Below are positions 61,596 to 64,000 of a DNA stretch of 64,000 nucleotides, piece by piece (the stretch's first letter is position 1; every line of letters begins with the position of its first letter). Source of the DNA: a bacterium (lineage in GTDB: Bacteria > SM23-31); assembly GCA_965249485.1 (NCBI GenBank), contig OZ252239.1, positions 3,520,001 through 3,584,000 of the forward strand. The letters run 5' to 3'. The position numbers and the translations under genes are program-made. Below the pieces are notes generated by a model, which saw only the letters and a list, made by a program, of their open reading frames with translations, ran no database searches and was not told the DNA's origin.

Positions 61596-62195
61596 TTATA
61601 TCTCATTTATAAATTGTTGTAACTGCTCTTTTAATTCTTTACGCGCATAGTGGAGCCTGGACCTGACCGTTCCGACTGCAACTCCTATAATTTCCGCTGC
61701 TTCTCTGACCACACTCTGTCTGTCGGACACTTCATCGAAACTCTCCTGTTCATTTGGGAACTCCTCATTGGAATTTTCTGCTCCGGAAAAATAGGAGGAA
61801 AAAGGTATAAACGAGAGCGCTTTTTTTCTTCGTGTAAAGTTTATGCTATGGTTCAGTATAATACGGTAAAACCATGGGGAAAATTTACTTCCTTCTTTGA
61901 ACTTGCCGATCGAGGTGTAAATCTTCAAAAATGCATCTTGTGAAAGATCACGAGCAACATCAATGTCTCCGACAACCTGATAAGCGATCGAATAGCTTGC
62001 CCGCATATACCGTTTAACAAGCTCAGCGTATGCTGCCTCAGAACCTTTTTTGACCAACGCCACAAGAGATTCATCAGAGTTATCCGTTAAACGGGCAGAG
62101 ACTGCTTTTGATTCAATTTTAAGGTTACGTTCTTGTTCCAAATGTCTGCCAGAACTTTTGAGTTTTACCGCTTGCTGACCGATTGAGCCTTCCAT
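61596..62195 (-). CDS. ECF sigma factor (RpoE/SigW-like) with apparent internal deletion in region 4
   Basis: SDESLV, ARDLSQDAFLK, FSPWFYRI, GTVRSRLHYAR. Confidence 0.88.
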   Translation of the reverse strand: MEGSIGQQAVKLKSSGRHLEQERNLKIESKAVSARLTDNSDESLVALVKKGSEAAYAELVKRYMRASYSIAYQVVGDIDVARDLSQDAFLKIYTSIGKFKEGSKFSPWFYRIILNHSINFTRRKKALSFIPFSSYFSGAENSNEEFPNEQESFDEVSDRQSVVREAAEIIGVAVGTVRSRLHYARKELKEQLQQFINEI

Positions 62196-62252
62196 ATCGT
62201 TGAAGATATTACGAAATTTAGATTAAATACAATAAATAATTTTTTTATGCAA

Positions 62253-63104
62253 CTAATTTAGAGAAAATTCTTTCATAAGATCATTATTCATTTGCTCAAT
62301 ATCTTTCTCCTGTCGTGCCTCAAGATCATGCTCGATTGCTTCAAAATTGAACTCCATCGCGTCTTGTTCATCTTGCAGTATTTCAAAATCGTTCTCGATC
62401 TCTTCAAAATCTTGCATGTCAAAGAAATAATCAAATTCACTATCATACAGATCGTCAATCAACATTGTTTCATTCCCATCATACAATAGTTCACCAAGCC
62501 ATGCAAGATCTTCATCTGCATATTCAAAATCCTCTATGAATGCATCGCCGCTGTTGCGTCTGATTCGGATATCGTAATTTCTGTTGATTCCCCGTGTATC
62601 TCCCCTGAAATTATGCAGTTTTTTCCGCATTCCTGACATATTTTTATGAAAATTTAATCCCGGTTGAAATCCTAATCTTCCGCGGTGGCCCATCATTGAA
62701 TAATTCCTGCCAAATCTCCGATCAGGTAGATTTTCCAGCTGTTCCTGAGTTAGAACACTCTTTATACCGTTCCTGAGTGCAATCCCACCCATCTTTATGT
62801 CAATTTGAGATGAAGAAATTTTCTCCAGTTGACTCCGTATCCTGGATTCAGATGCAGATTCATCATCAATAAGGTCTCGGAGTTCTATCTGTGCCACGCG
62901 CACATCAGCACGTATTTGAATGGCCTTTTTCTGCCAGTCCTGACGAATATCTTTTATTTGTTCAATTTGTTCATCGGTCAATGACTCTCTGAACATTCGC
63001 ATTTTTTCCCTTGCTGACTGAACATTACCCCGGTTGTTTTGGGCAAATGCAGATGTTGTTATTAGCATTATTCCGGCAAGAGTTGCGATTACAAAACCTT
63101 TCAT
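62253..63104 (-). CDS. Spy/CpxP/ZraP-like periplasmic protein with long acidic tail
   Basis: GGAGG RBS before ATG 63104, signal peptide, LTDEQ and LTQEQ (LTxxQ) motifs. Confidence 0.8.
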   Translation of the reverse strand: MKGFVIATLAGIMLITTSAFAQNNRGNVQSAREKMRMFRESLTDEQIEQIKDIRQDWQKKAIQIRADVRVAQIELRDLIDDESASESRIRSQLEKISSSQIDIKMGGIALRNGIKSVLTQEQLENLPDRRFGRNYSMMGHRGRLGFQPGLNFHKNMSGMRKKLHNFRGDTRGINRNYDIRIRRNSGDAFIEDFEYADEDLAWLGELLYDGNETMLIDDLYDSEFDYFFDMQDFEEIENDFEILQDEQDAMEFNFEAIEHDLEARQEKDIEQMNNDLMKEFSLN

Positions 63105-63392
63105 GATAACCTCCGTCGAATATAAAATTATTACAATCTTTTCAATTAGATAGTGAGCACGTGCTTTCTTTGTGACTACATATATACATACAGTTGGGGA
63201 AGTGTATACGTTCATTTCTAAGCTAAAAGAATTATATGTAATTGAATAATACGCGGTTAAATGTTTACATTTAGAATAAATTGACGTAGTATTAATGTGA
63301 TGATTTTTCAATATTTAAATAGAATTGTGGAACTCAACATGACAATAATTAATCACTATCTTCATCAAATATAAAATTGAAGCAATTGAACT

Positions 63393-64000
63393 ATGATCAA
63401 AGCTGATTTTGCACTTATAAACGGGACTATTTGGACCGGAGATAAGATAGCTCCGATGATTGAGGCATTTGCAGCATACCGGGGAACCATTATTGCCACC
63501 GGTTCAACTGAAAAAATCCGGCAGCTCTTTAGTAACAACACCGAAATATATGATGCTGAAAAACGGTTTGTTGTACCTGGTTTCATTGACAGTCATGCAC
63601 ATTTTGTTCTAGGAGGACTTTCGCTGATCCAGGCAAAAATATCACATTTGAGCAGCAGAGATGAATTTGAAAATACTATTCGGGATTATGAAAAGAATTT
63701 ACCTGCGGAACATTGGTTGACCGGGACTGGCTGGGACAATACTGTCTGGCAGAATGATAATCTTCCCGACCGGGCACAACTCGACCGGGCTGCCCCGGGC
63801 CGGCCTGTTTATCTTGTCCGGCAGGACATGCATATGGCCGTTGTTAACAGCCGTGCTCTGGAGCTTGCCGGAATAGACAACGCGACTCCCGATCCCGCTG
63901 GCGGGAAGATTGACCGGGACCCCGATACAGGAGAATGTACCGGAATTCTCCGTGATGCGGCTATGCTTTTGGTGTTTGACATCCTGCCTCAACCAGACAC
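63393..64000 (+). CDS. YtcJ-like amidohydrolase, 5' part; runs off the window edge
   Basis: Manual translation MIKADFALINGTIWTG...VVPGFIDSHAH...WLTGTGWD...PVYLVRQDMHMAVVNSRAL...TGILRD. Confidence 0.9.
   Translation, partial: MIKADFALINGTIWTGDKIAPMIEAFAAYRGTIIATGSTEKIRQLFSNNTEIYDAEKRFVVPGFIDSHAHFVLGGLSLIQAKISHLSSRDEFENTIRDYEKNLPAEHWLTGTGWDNTVWQNDNLPDRAQLDRAAPGRPVYLVRQDMHMAVVNSRALELAGIDNATPDPAGGKIDRDPDTGECTGILRDAAMLLVFDILPQPD

Noticed and set aside
413..63992. Numerous 60-210 aa antisense or alternate-frame ORFs (e.g. 631-1197, 19054-19656, 41379-42005, 42766-43353, 63699-63992)
   Set aside because: Shadows of well-supported genes, with no recognisable motifs
1..64000. CRISPR arrays, tRNA/rRNA, IS elements, integrases, prophage
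   Set aside because: None seen by eye; intergenic gaps are short and lack repeat-spacer or cloverleaf patterns (no covariance search was run)

Overview
Gene-dense bacterial chromosomal segment with no rRNA, tRNA, CRISPR array, transposase or prophage visible. The pilin family and gene content suggest an FCB-superphylum lineage such as KSB1, Calditrichota or Ignavibacteria (inference). Left to right it holds: aromatic, central and cofactor metabolism (aroF, a K+ channel, pheA, a sirtuin, pyk, a ThDP enzyme plus aldehyde dehydrogenase pair, tag, a PabB-PabC fusion); a five-gene TIGR04283/DUF547/TIGR04282/TVP38/flavoprotein cluster; a 14.5 kb TPR-metallopeptidase/DUF4159/MoxR/DUF58/BatA-vWA operon; a complete but non-canonical type IV pilus operon; ispH; an OM-barrel/ABC/LolA-like module; and a Spy-like/ECF sigma/anti-sigma/RseB-like operon. 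The best candidate for an undescribed system is the pilus operon. Its pilins essentially lack a class III leader (major pilin MGQQQLLL..., no Phe1 or Glu5), and the operon has no prepilin peptidase, a fused alignment complex, a minimal secretin, an MshEN-bearing PilB and a full sigma54/IHF/enhancer promoter. Also notable are a candidate ~80 nt anti-Shine-Dalgarno sRNA and a shared ECF-type promoter motif. Caveat: at least 7 frameshifts (mostly in homopolymers), 2 in-frame TAA stops and 2 apparent in-frame deletions point to an error-prone consensus. Pseudogene calls and single-residue oddities therefore need read-level checking. All family assignments come from motif recognition, not database searches.
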